Below are positions 49,004 to 60,551 of a stretch of DNA of 64,000 nt, piece after piece. The position numbers were made by a program, and so were the translations under genes. The stretch lies in NCBI GenBank assembly GCA_002104945.1, contig MCFH01000012.1, positions 558,001 through 622,000 of the forward strand, in the 5' to 3' direction. This DNA is from Piromyces finnis finn (taxonomy: Eukaryota > Fungi > Neocallimastigomycota). Each line of letters begins with the position of its first letter. The stretch's first letter is position 1. The notes under the pieces were generated by a model. It was given only the letters and a program-made list of their open reading frames with translations. It did no database searches and was not told the origin of the DNA.

Positions 49004-51136
49004 TGCGAAAAAACATGTGGCAATATCAAAATGATCATTTAACGTAGTTTCTTGAATATTATTTGGAATAATTTTAATCCTATTTTTAATTTCTGAATTT
49101 GAAATTCTTTTATTTAAGTTTTTCAATTTTTCAGGGCTCGGTTCAACACAAATAATTTTACGGAAATGATTCCACTTGTGTATATCACCACCATTGTCTG
49201 TACCATTATCTAATAAAGTTCCTCTAAATTCACTTAAAATAGTTTGCTTTATTATATTATGGTATTTACGCATAAAAACATTGGATTTAGGTGAAAAAAT
49301 ATCAATATTGATTTTTTGATAGGAAGCCAATAAAACACTATTAAATGTATTTATGCTATTTGATACTGCTTTATCATAACGAACCTTTACAAATTTTTTA
49401 TTATCTAAATCATACTCTATTATAAAATTTATTTTTTTATTTTTAATACGATGATATTTAACAATCTTTTTATTGTATGGTACGCCTTCTATAATTTCTA
49501 TTTTCTTTCTATAATAAAACTTTTCAGTGGTATATGTACTATTGCGATTTTGCACTTTAAATTTATTATATAATTTACATATATTTTTATATTTTTCTAC
49601 TGATAAATTTAAAAGAGATTTTTTTTTACTTTATGCTCCCTAGCTAAAAAATAACGTCCATTGAATTCGATGTCTACCGTATTAATAGTTTTAATTTTAT
49701 AAACTTTAGTATTTTCAAAATAGGTTGATGTTCCGCTAGTTATGTCAATACCATCGTTTGGTGCGGTATTTTCTAATTCTGATAATATAAATGTTTGAAT
49801 ATCTTGAAAATCCTGACATCATTTTATAATTTTTTAACTATAATTTTTTCAAATTTAAGGTAATCTAAAGAATTAAGAATGCTTACCCTTTCTTTGTAAG
49901 AGTAATTTCTTAAATCAGATTCACTGTATAAAATGTCAAAAGGAATAAAAGTATTATTAATAAATTCACAATCTAATATCAAATGGAAATGACCTTCAAT
50001 TTCTCTTATAGATTCTACTGAAAAGTTTTCAGTTATACTATAAATTTGGTTATTAATAATAATTATTAATTTTCTGATACCGTCTGTTTTTGCTGATACG
50101 AAAAAAGTATCTTTTATCAACGTTTCAGCATTTTTGAATAATATGTCTAACGACGGCGTAATTGGTTTTTGAAACTCGAAATTTGGCAAAAGCATAAATA
50201 AATAATCTATAATGAAACCGGATATATCAATAATTTGCATAAAGTTATGAACAATTTTGATCATGTCTAATCGGTCATGATAAATGTTTTTTGTGAAACC
50301 TATTTCAAATTGACTAATTTCATTGAAGTAGGTAATATCTATTTGAACATCCTGACTCATTATAAAAGACCGTCTTTTTTTCAGAATTGGTTCAGTAAAA
50401 GTTAGAATAGTAATTTCTTTAGATTCTTTAATAAATTTTTTATTTGATTTATCATTACTATTACTATCATCGTCATCATTATTATTCTTTTCATTAATAT
50501 TATTATCATTATCATTCTTATATTTAGTATTATTAATATTTAAATAATTTAAAATATTATCGGTATTTAAGAATGTTTCAATATTAAGTGTAATTTTAAA
50601 TACAAAATAATAAGCAGTTATTAATGTCATTTTTTTTATATACTCTACATGATTATCAAAATCAATACTAATTTCGTTTTCACTATTTTCTGTAATATAT
50701 AATATATCTAATTAACTTTGAACTTGAACTTTCCCGTTTTTTATTTACATTTAAATTATTATCATCATTATTATCATTATCATATTGATTGTTATTGATA
50801 TTGTCATAGTTGATTTTATTAATATCGTTGGTATCATGAATATCTTCACTAGTTTGTTCTTCGGTACTACTAGAAATGTATTGAGAATTACATATTATTC
50901 TATATTTAGTAGATTGGTTTTCCTTCAATAAATGTTCAAAATATTGATGTGAATTATATTTTACAAATTCTTCCACATCTATATTTATTTTGAAGTCGAA
51001 ATTCTAATTCAAAGGTTATATTTTTCGGATTAAAATGAGGATGTTGCTTTATAATCTCAATTTGATTATATATATTATTTAATATTTCTTTTAAAGATTT
51101 TTTCAGATATATACAATTGTTTGATGGAATGTCCAT
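48953..51136 (-). pseudogene. Decayed trifunctional viral-type mRNA capping enzyme (RNA triphosphatase + guanylyltransferase + cap N7-methyltransferase)
   Basis: Motifs are collinear across five frame segments. TPase: FELEFR (50996-51010), KKRRSF, IDIT, FEIG. GTase: I KTDG (50079-50090), III ILDCEF, IIIa FIPFDIL, IV NDGIDIT, V YKIKTINTVDI, VI KVRYDKAVSN. MTase: MRKYHNIIK, LLDNGTDNGGDIHKW, ICVEPS, FDIATCFFAL. No introns within the coding part. Confidence 0.88.
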
Positions 51137-51753
51137 TTTCAATACAATACTGTAAAAAAAAATAAAATAAATAAAACAAATAAATAAACAAATAAATAAT
51201 TATATATATATATATATATTACTATGAATGTAAAATATAAAGTATTTTTATTATGTTTAAAGATTTTTAATTTACAAAGAATATTCCAAGTAAAGTTCAC
51301 CTTTTTTTTTTTTACTTTAAAATTTAAATACTTAGTAAAACATAGAAATAATTTATTTAGGAATAGTTTTTATTATAATCAAAATAAATATTATTTTTAA
51401 ATTTTTTTTATTAATATTGTAACAATTAAACTTTTCTCACATGTGATATTGTTACAAAATAATTTTACAAAATAATAAAGCATTAAATATTAATAACGAT
51501 TGCGAAACAACTACACTTTACTAGGCTACGTCCTAGGTTCGTTTAGTATGAGTGATACTGTTTCTATTACAGTATGGATAAGAAAGAAAGCCACCAGGGT
51601 GGTAAACTGTACTTTTTTCTCACTCATACTTGATTCTATTAATAAATATACAAACTTAGATATATTAAATTTTGTGTAACCTAAATGTCCCCACATAATA
51701 TTTTATTTTTTAATTGTGGCACATACATCTTTTTATAAATATTATTTTTAATC

Positions 51754-52220
51754 ATGTTACACAAACTATTTTTACTTTCTTGGTATCAGCCACACTTCTT
51801 CAAACTATTTATGCTGTAAAGACTTTTTCTATAGGTGGTGCTATTTTACCTGCTAATAGTAGAATATGGTTAGATTTGCACTGTACTGATGAATTTAAAT
51901 GTAAAACTATTAATGGCTCTATTGAATATAAGAACCAACAACCTCGCAGTACTGTTGGGTATTATACAGTAAGATCTATGAAAAACTGGGGTATCCATCC
52001 TAGTGATGTTAAAAAATGGCATATTGATATAGACTTTGAAGATTGGAATGTGGCGTACTGCGACTACAAGAAACCACCAGAAACCTAACCTAAGAATTAT
52101 TAGCTTTAATATTGTTATGGCTGGTTCTAACATGAAATAAATGTAGAGCCATTAGTAGTAATACCGCTGGAAGAATTAATCCTCTTGCAAATCTCACAAT
52201 AGAAAAATCTAAATAAATAA
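51754..52220 (+). pseudogene. Small secreted protein, frameshifted
   Basis: The ATG at 51754 is one base out of frame with ORF 51714-52088, which starts at TTG. Restoring one A gives the signal peptide MLHKTIFTFLVSATLLQTIYA. A further coding-like segment (CRAISSNTAGRINPLANLTIEKSK*) follows at about 52140-52220. Confidence 0.5.
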
Positions 52221-52661
52221 AATTAAATAGGATCTAAAAAAAGTTTCTTTTCATTTTTCAAAAATCGGGATCTAAGCCAGATCCTCGATCTCAGAAAAAT
52301 GCTGCGCACTTTTTCTAGATCATTGTTGTTATTGTTATCGTTGATTTAATTCAACTTTTATTAAATATTTTTTTTTTTTTTTTTTTTTATAATAATATCT
52401 TTCAAACTTCAAGTAATAATTCTTTTTTTTAAAAATTCAAAAGAAAATATATATTTATTTTTATAATTTTATCTTTGTTTTTTCTATTATTATTATTGTT
52501 ATTATTTATATAGATAGAAAAATATTTTTATTATTAACACATTAAATAATTGATTTAAAAAAAAGACATATATATAATACTAATACATCTCTAAAAAAAA
52601 AAAAAAAAATCTACATTAATGTATTGTTAGAAAGAAAAAATTTTTTTTTTTTCAATGACAT

Positions 52662-55600
52662 TTAATTTTCCTCGGAATTACTCGAGGAATTAATATCCTT
52701 GTTATTATTACTAGTATTATCATTATCATTATTGTCGTCATTGTTGTTGGTTGTGTTATTTGTTAAAATAGTCACATAATTTTTAGGGAACCAACCCTTA
52801 TGTTTATTACATTTACCGTAATATTTATCATTCTTTTCTGTATATACATCAATTACGTCATTCTCTTTAAATTTCAAATAATGTTTTGATTTTTGATTGT
52901 TAGAATGTATGGCTATAACTGAAAATTTAACTGGACCTAAATTAACATCTTCAATACTTTGTTCTCCATTATCAAATAATTTTTCAATTGAACCTTTTAT
53001 TATTTTTATAAAAATTTAATAATAAATTTTTTTTAAAAAAAAAAAAAGAGTGACTTTTAATATTTTTATAAAAAAAAAAAAAAAAAAAAAAAACTTCTTT
53101 TTTTATTAATATATAAAAGTGTATTATTTGTAGTAATAATAGTAAAAAAAAAAGCTTTTTTTTTTAATCTTACTATAAATTTTATTCTTCTTATTCTTAC
53201 TGGTTAAGAACCCTTTTAAAGTATGTATATTATTATTACTATTTGACATAATATCCGCCTGAGAATAAGATTGATCTATATCAACTGTTGATTTATTCAC
53301 ATTATATGACATATAACCAGAACTTTTAACGGTAGAACAACCAGAAAGATATTTTCGATGTCTATCTTTATCATCCATATATTTATCATAATTTGATGAT
53401 TTATGTTCACTCATAATCAAACTAACAAAGATATCATTAATAAGTTTCTTATTGATATCGGGTAGTGAACTTGTTGATTTTAGTTTTCTTTCTTGATTTT
53501 TAGAAGAGTCTATTTCATCTCTATTATTAAGTTCATTTAATTTTGTACATGAATGTGATTTAATACTAAAATCATAATTTGGACGTCCTTCTTCTAATAA
53601 TAAATCTTGTATAGAACCTAAATAATTATTTGAAGGGATTAAAAATAATATAATAATTAAAGTGTTACATATATATATAATTTTTCAATTATTAATAAAT
53701 TATTTAAAATATATATATATATATATATATTATAAGATATTAATATGACATTTACTTATTTTATTTTGATTTTGTTCTTTTGGTTCTATAATATCACTTC
53801 TATCTTCATTCATAGTTTTTGTATCATTATACTCTTCTAATGTATTTTTTTCTTCTTTATTAGCGTTATTTATCCATTCTTCTTTGTCATTTGTTTTATC
53901 AGAAGTTGAATTTGTTTCATTTATATCTTGATTTTCATTTTCTATGATGGTATTATCTTCATTAGAAACATCATTATTTGATTCATTTAGATTTGAATTG
54001 GAATGACATTGTTTTACATCACTATCATTCATTGATACCTCATTTTCTTGTTTTATATTATCTTCTGATGGGTTATTTTCACCTTTAGATTCATTTAATA
54101 CATCACTACTATTATCATTATTATTTTGATTTGTATCATGTCCTTTATTCTCCTCTCCTCCCTTTTCATCTACTTCTAAATTATTCACCTCTTCCACTAC
54201 AGCTTCTTCTTTTTCTTCTTTTTGATCATTCTCTATAGATTTTATTTCTTCTCCCTCCTTCTCCTTATCTTGATTCTTTTCCAAAGATTTCATTTCTTCT
54301 TCCTTTGTTTCTTCTTGTTTATCTTCTTCCAAATGTTTCATCTCTTCTTCCTTAGTTTCTTCTTGTTTATCTTCTTCTAAATGTTTCATCTCTTCTTCCT
54401 TTGTTTCTTCTTGTTTATCTTCTTCTAAATATTTCATCTCCTCTTTCTTTGTTTCTTCTTGTTTATTTTCTTCTAAATGTTTCATCTCTTCTTCCTTAGT
54501 TTCTTCTTGTTTATCTTCTTCTAAATGTTTCATCTCTTCTTCCTTTGTTTCTTCTTGTTTATCTTCTTCTAAATGTTTCATCTCTTCTTCCTTTGTTTCT
54601 TCTTGTTTATCTTCTTCTAAATATTTCATCTCCTCTTCCTTTGTTTCTTCTTGATTATCTTCTTCTAAATGTTTCATCTCTTCTTCCTCTGTTTCTTCTT
54701 GTTTATCTTCTTCCAAATGTTTCATCTCTTCTTCCTCTGTTTCTTCTTGTTTATCTTCTTCCAAATGTTTCATCTCTTCTTCCTCAGTTTCTTCTTGTTC
54801 ATGATTATCATCTTTAATTTTACTTTCTTCTTCATTATTTTTTTCTTTTGTTATATTTACCATTTTATCAACCATAATATCCATTTTTTCTAATTCAATT
54901 TCAAAAGTAGACATTTCATGTGTTAGAGGTTCAGTTGAGTTAATAGTATCAATTTCTTTAATAATTTATCAAATTTTATATAATTAATATATATATATAT
55001 ATTAAATTAAATTATACACTATATTTTATTTTATTCGTTTCTACTATATATACATATATATGTATGTAATTTATTTTTCTTACCTACTGTGCTTTCAATA
55101 GTATCTAATGTATATGTATAAAAAAAACGATATTATATTAATTTCATTTAAAAAAAAAAATTGTATTTGTATTTTTATTTTAATGAAAAAAAATATCATC
55201 CAATAAATATTTATATCAATTCTAATTTAGTAAAATTGAAAAGAAGAGAAGAATTTTTTATTTTAGTCCATACCTAATTTTTTCAGATTACTCATACCCA
55301 TATCATTAATCATATATTTCTTATGATCATATAAATCTTTTAGAGCCGAAGGAGGTTTATCATTACTACTTTTATTATTTTCAAAAAATTGCAACAACTG
55401 AGCAATACGATAAGATTTTTTATTTGAGAAATTAGTAGTATAATATAAATTTGAATTGGTACTAAAATCTGTGAAATTAAGAGAACGTCGCTTAGCCATG
55501 GACACAGAAGTTCTATTTGGATTTTCATTAAATACAAAAGAATTTGAATGTTTTATAGCATTATTGTTTTTTTGGAAAAAGGTAGCATTATATGTTTCAT

Positions 55601-57788
55601 AATTAGAACGATTTATAGAAAAAGTACTACCATTCATATGACTTTTTAAAAAGTTATTATTACTGCTACTTCCATTATTTGTATTACTACATATACTACT
55701 AACAGAACTGTTATTATGACGATTTTGGAAATCCAAAAAGGTTTCTTTTAAATCCGTATTGTTTTTCAATTTTTTAATCATGGATGGTTTAAATCCAGCA
55801 TCTGTAACAATATTATTATAATTTTCATTACTGGCATTACCATTTGATTTCGATTTTATATCTATTAAAAGGAATATAAAAATATTTTGTATTTATAAAT
55901 TATTTTTTTTTATATTATGGTATTGCAGAGTTCATTGGTTGGGTAATATTTAGATTTGTTGTGAAAAAAAAAAAAAGGATTATTTCATTTTATAATGAGA
56001 ATATATAATTATTCATTAAAGTAATTATTGAAAATAAAATAGTATAGAATATATAGAATAGAATTTTATAGATATATATAATAATGATAAAGTATATATA
56101 TAATATATATAATAATAATAACAATAATATTAATTTAAAAAAAAATTCTTTTTATATTCAAATAAAATATATCTTTTTTAATCAAACGTTTTCTTTTTTT
56201 TTTTTAATTATAATATATATATATATATATATGATAAATAACCTATACACATATCAGAATTAGACATCATTGATAATTTAGATGAACCTAATTTATGGAT
56301 ACCAAAATTATCTTTTTCTTTATCTGTATCACTATTGATATTTTTACCATCATATAAATTTTCAAAACTACCTGAATTAATTTTTGATTTTAAAGATAGT
56401 ATCGATGTTGTTGTTGTTGTTGTTGAGTTTTTAGGATGAGGAGGAGGAATGGAACTATTACATTGGGATACTTTTCTAATCCATTCATTACGCGTATTTT
56501 GAGTATTGGTATAATTAATTTCAGAAAAAATTTTATTATTTAAATTTTTTTTATTGGAATCATCTTTAGTCTTACTGTTATTTTGGTCATTATTAAATCG
56601 AAATTCCCATTCTGTTTTTAATTTAAAAATGGTCTTTCGATCAATAGTATTATAACCATTCCAATAACTATCCTCTTTTTTACTGGTATTTAACAATTCA
56701 CTAGCATTTCGATGTAATGGAAATTCATTAGCAGAAATAGGCGAGGAATCGCTATTATTATTATCATTAATTAGACTACTACGGTTAGATGAGGTACAAG
56801 GAGATGTAAGATATTCCTTTTCATATAAATCAGTTTTATTCTTTAGTAAACCTCTTGAGGTATTAATATGTAAAGTATTGAATTGATTTTCATTTGTTGG
56901 AGAAGACGATGAATTGGGTTGAAGATTTAGTTTTGATGAGGAAAGATCAGAGGATTTGGTATATGAATTTGATGAGGAGAATAAATTTTTGTCTTTATAT
57001 AAATTATCATCATTTGATTTTTTATCTACCTCTGATTTTTTATTTATGGTGGGTGGTGGTTTGAAAAAATCATCTGGAAGTTTACGCGAAGCACTACTAC
57101 TACTACTACTATTTAATTTTTTTGGCATGGTAAAACTACTATATTTAGTAGGAGACATTTTAGATGCTTGATAATAGGATTGAGACAATTTTGAATTTTT
57201 TGATAAAGATTCATATTGAAATTTTGCTTTGGATACGATAGAATCATTATTGGTGTTGGTGTTATTATGGTAACTTTTTGTATAATTTGATAATGAAGTT
57301 GTCGATGAATTTTTATTATCGTTGTTGTTGGGAGATATATTCTTAGTATTATTTTTCCATATCATAGAATGTAGTGTATTCTTTTTATCATAATTAGGCG
57401 TAGAGGTAGATAAATTATTAGATATCTGAGAATTTGGGGAGTTACTGTAGGAATTATATAGTTTTAATGATGATAATGAATCATTTTGATGATTAAACTT
57501 TATACTACTATTAGAATTGTGTAAGGAATCCTTTGATGATGAAATACTTGGACTCTTCGAATGAGAATGTTTATGATAACTATTATGATTACACTTTTTT
57601 TTTTTTGAACTTGGTGAAGAAGTTCTAGAATTATTTATGGATCCACCATTTGAATCATTCAAAGAAGACAAACTATTATTACTTTTTTGAACATTTGAAT
57701 TAAAGGAAGATACACCATTTAAATGTTTATTATTTTGAACAAAATCATTTTCCATATTCCTTATTGATTGATAACTAGGATTACTCAT
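52662..57788 (-). CDS. Large S/N-rich protein with acidic tandem repeats and C-terminal SH3 domain, multi-exon
   Basis: Same-strand exons at 56208-57806, 55263-55830, 53730-54960, 53124-53640 and 52662-53000, with GT/AG boundaries. The last exon reads VIAIHSNNQKSKHYLKFKENDVIDVYTEKNDKYYGKCNKHKGWFPKNYVTIL (SH3 signature GWFPxNYV). Joining all exons into one gene is an inference. Confidence 0.65.
54270..54797 (-). repeat. Coding minisatellite, 11 x 48 bp (QEET[K/E]EEEMK[H/Y]LEEDK)
   Basis: Counted directly in the translation of ORF 53730-54914. Confidence 0.9.
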
Positions 57789-59667
57789 AACTTTATATAA
57801 TTTCAAAATTAGAAAACAATATATTATTTAGGGGTTAAAATAACGATTGAATATATTATTTAAATATATTGGTGTTTATATTAATGAATTTAATATTCAT
57901 CAGAATGAATAAAATAATTTTTATTGTGATGATGATGATGATCAATAATTTGACATGAATTGATAATTAGTATGATGATGAAGGTATATATATAGAATAA
58001 AAAAAAATAAAATAATTATATATAAATGGATATATTTTATATATTTTCCAATATTGAATAATTTTATATATATATATATATATATAAAAATAGAAAAGAA
58101 TGAAATAAATATAAAATATATATATAATATGCAAAATAAATCAACAATCTGTTATGGAAAATGATTATGAATTTAATTCTAAAATAACTCGAAAATATAT
58201 ATATGTTGATCTATAAAATTACCCAGGTTTAAAACAATTTAATATTTCTTTATGTTTTGCTTTTTATTTTTCATATATTAAAATTACAATTATTCAATTA
58301 TTCAAAAAAAAAAAAAAAAAATAGATCTTTGTGTCGAGGTAAAGTGGGATATAATTCTATTGTCTATAAACTTTAAATATTGTCAATTTTCATATAAAGT
58401 TAATTTATACAGTCTTAAAAAAATGATTATCAAATGATTGTTACTTTTTCATTCTATCCTCTCCTAAGTATAAATATAAATAATAAAATGAGCATACTGA
58501 CTTAATAATAACGTTGAATCAAATGATATTAATAATAATTCTAATATATATACATAAATAGCGTTCTTTATACAATACTACCTTTATATGTAATAATTAC
58601 TTTTTTTTAAAAAAAAAAAAAATCTTAAAATTTCTACTCCTCTTAATTATAAAGTATTTAATAGTGAATAAATGATCCTTGATGTTGAATATAATTGAAT
58701 ATCAATATTCTTTACTCAAAATATGATATTATAATAATAATGATAATAAAAAATGTACCTTTTATTTTCTTTTTAAATATATTAAAGTTAATGTTGTTTG
58801 AATTATTTTTATTATAATACAATTGCTCTATATAATATTTTAAAATAAAATCTTATCTATTAAAGTTTTTTTTTTTTTTTTTTTTTTTTTTGGTTTCAAT
58901 TATTTATATATATTTGATTAACTCATTAAAACTATTTATTAAAATGAATTTTTCGATGATGCTTAAATCTTTCTAAATATAAAACTTTATACAACAACAA
59001 AAAAAAAAGTTTAGGTATAATATAATATTAATATGCTTTGTTAAACAAAATAAAATATATGACTTGGATATATTTTTTAATAATAAAATTAAAATTTGTT
59101 GAAATGGTATTAATAGGTATTTTAACAATCAATTTTTTTTTTTTAAAAAAATCAATTATAAATAGAATTTTAGACTCATAAAAAAGAATTGTATTTATTT
59201 AATACATAAAGTTTATCGATCTTTTTTCTACCTAATGTATAATCTTAATTTTATTTTTGTCTATTATTAATTCTTTAATTAAATTCTTATTAAAGCTGTT
59301 AAAAAAAAAAAATTAATATTTATATGTTTTATAATTTCAATAATTTTTATATATTTATCAATAAAAACTGAAGTATCTTTTTTTTTTTAAAAAAAAAAAA
59401 AGTATCCTTAACCTCCGTTTTTTTACCCAATACTTTATTATTATAATTATTTGTTGTTGCTGCTATTACCATTTATTATTGTTATTGCTACCACTATTAT
59501 TGTTAATATTGATATAATAAAATTTTACTTTGATTACAAATTTTTACTTTTTTTTTTTTGTTATTTTAAAAATATTATGGAAATAAATCTTATGATAGTA
59601 ATTTTTAATTTTATGTAAATTTATTTAATGGATTGTCCATACTTTTTACAATAAATATTTAAAAATT

Positions 59668-59850
59668 AGCAGCCAAAATAAACCTAGGATTTATGGTTCA
59701 ACTTCACAAATAAACAGTACCCATAGAATTTCCCTACACCTGTATTTTGCTATGGGTTGGGTTATGTTATTTCAGATAGGTAGGAATCAAGGATTCTGAT
59801 TTACCATCACTTGTTGATCTAAATCAAGTGAATTTGGTGCATTCTCTATT
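59668..59850. ncRNA. Candidate structured non-coding RNA (family not identified)
   Basis: GC-elevated intergenic island with several hairpins: acccatag/ctatgggt, ggtaggaatca/tgatttacc, cacttg/caagtg. Confidence 0.3.
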
Positions 59851-60551
59851 AGAAAATTAATAATATGTTGTGGCATAGACAAACAAATCAAAAACACAAG
59901 TAATCTTCCTTTCATATAAAAAAAAAATTAAATATCTTTATTGGTATATTTCAAATTAAATTAAAAAAAAAAAAATAGGACTTTATAATTCAAAATGGTG
60001 AAGAAATTAAGAGTAATGAAAAGACTTTAAAAGTAATAAAACTAATATAATATTTTTTTTAGTTAATATATTAATATATATTTACTATTTTTTTTTATTT
60101 AATTTTATTTAATTTCTAATTACAAAAAAAAAAAAACAATATATATATTATTTGTTTGTTTGTTTGTTTTTCGCTTCTTTTCGTTTTTTTTTAATAACAA
60201 AAAAAAAAAAAAGTCTAAAAATGTTATTGTTGTATACACAAAAAAATAAAAATGAAGAAAATAAGTAAATAAATCAAATATATATATATATAAGAAAAAA
60301 AAAAAAAAAAAAAAAGAAAGAAAAAAACTTTAAAAAAAAAAACAATTAAAAATGATTGACATTTTTAAAATTAATGAAATTATTAACAAAAAAAATAAAA
60401 TTTTTTAAATTCAATAATATTGATTAAAATAAATTATTTTAAATATTATATAGCTATTATTAGAAATGGTGTTGTCATTGTTTTAATATAAAGCTTTTTT
60501 TGTGGTTTGCTTATCATTAAATATAATTTTATGATAATAAGTTGATTTTGT

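Noticed and set aside
48953-51136. Interpretation as the host's own capping genes (CEG1/ABD1)
   Set aside because: Fungal capping enzymes are separate, normally intron-containing here and essential. This one is fused, intronless and disrupted.
51870-52133. Minus-strand 87-aa ORF
   Set aside because: Antisense shadow of the plus-strand secreted-protein pseudogene, which has the signal peptide.
54270-54797. Regular repeat array as CRISPR
   Set aside because: No unique spacers, it is in-frame coding, and the genome is eukaryotic.
59750-59770. gggttgggtta as a telomerase template or telomeric seed
   Set aside because: It does not match a 1.5x TTAGGG template, and there is no supporting context.
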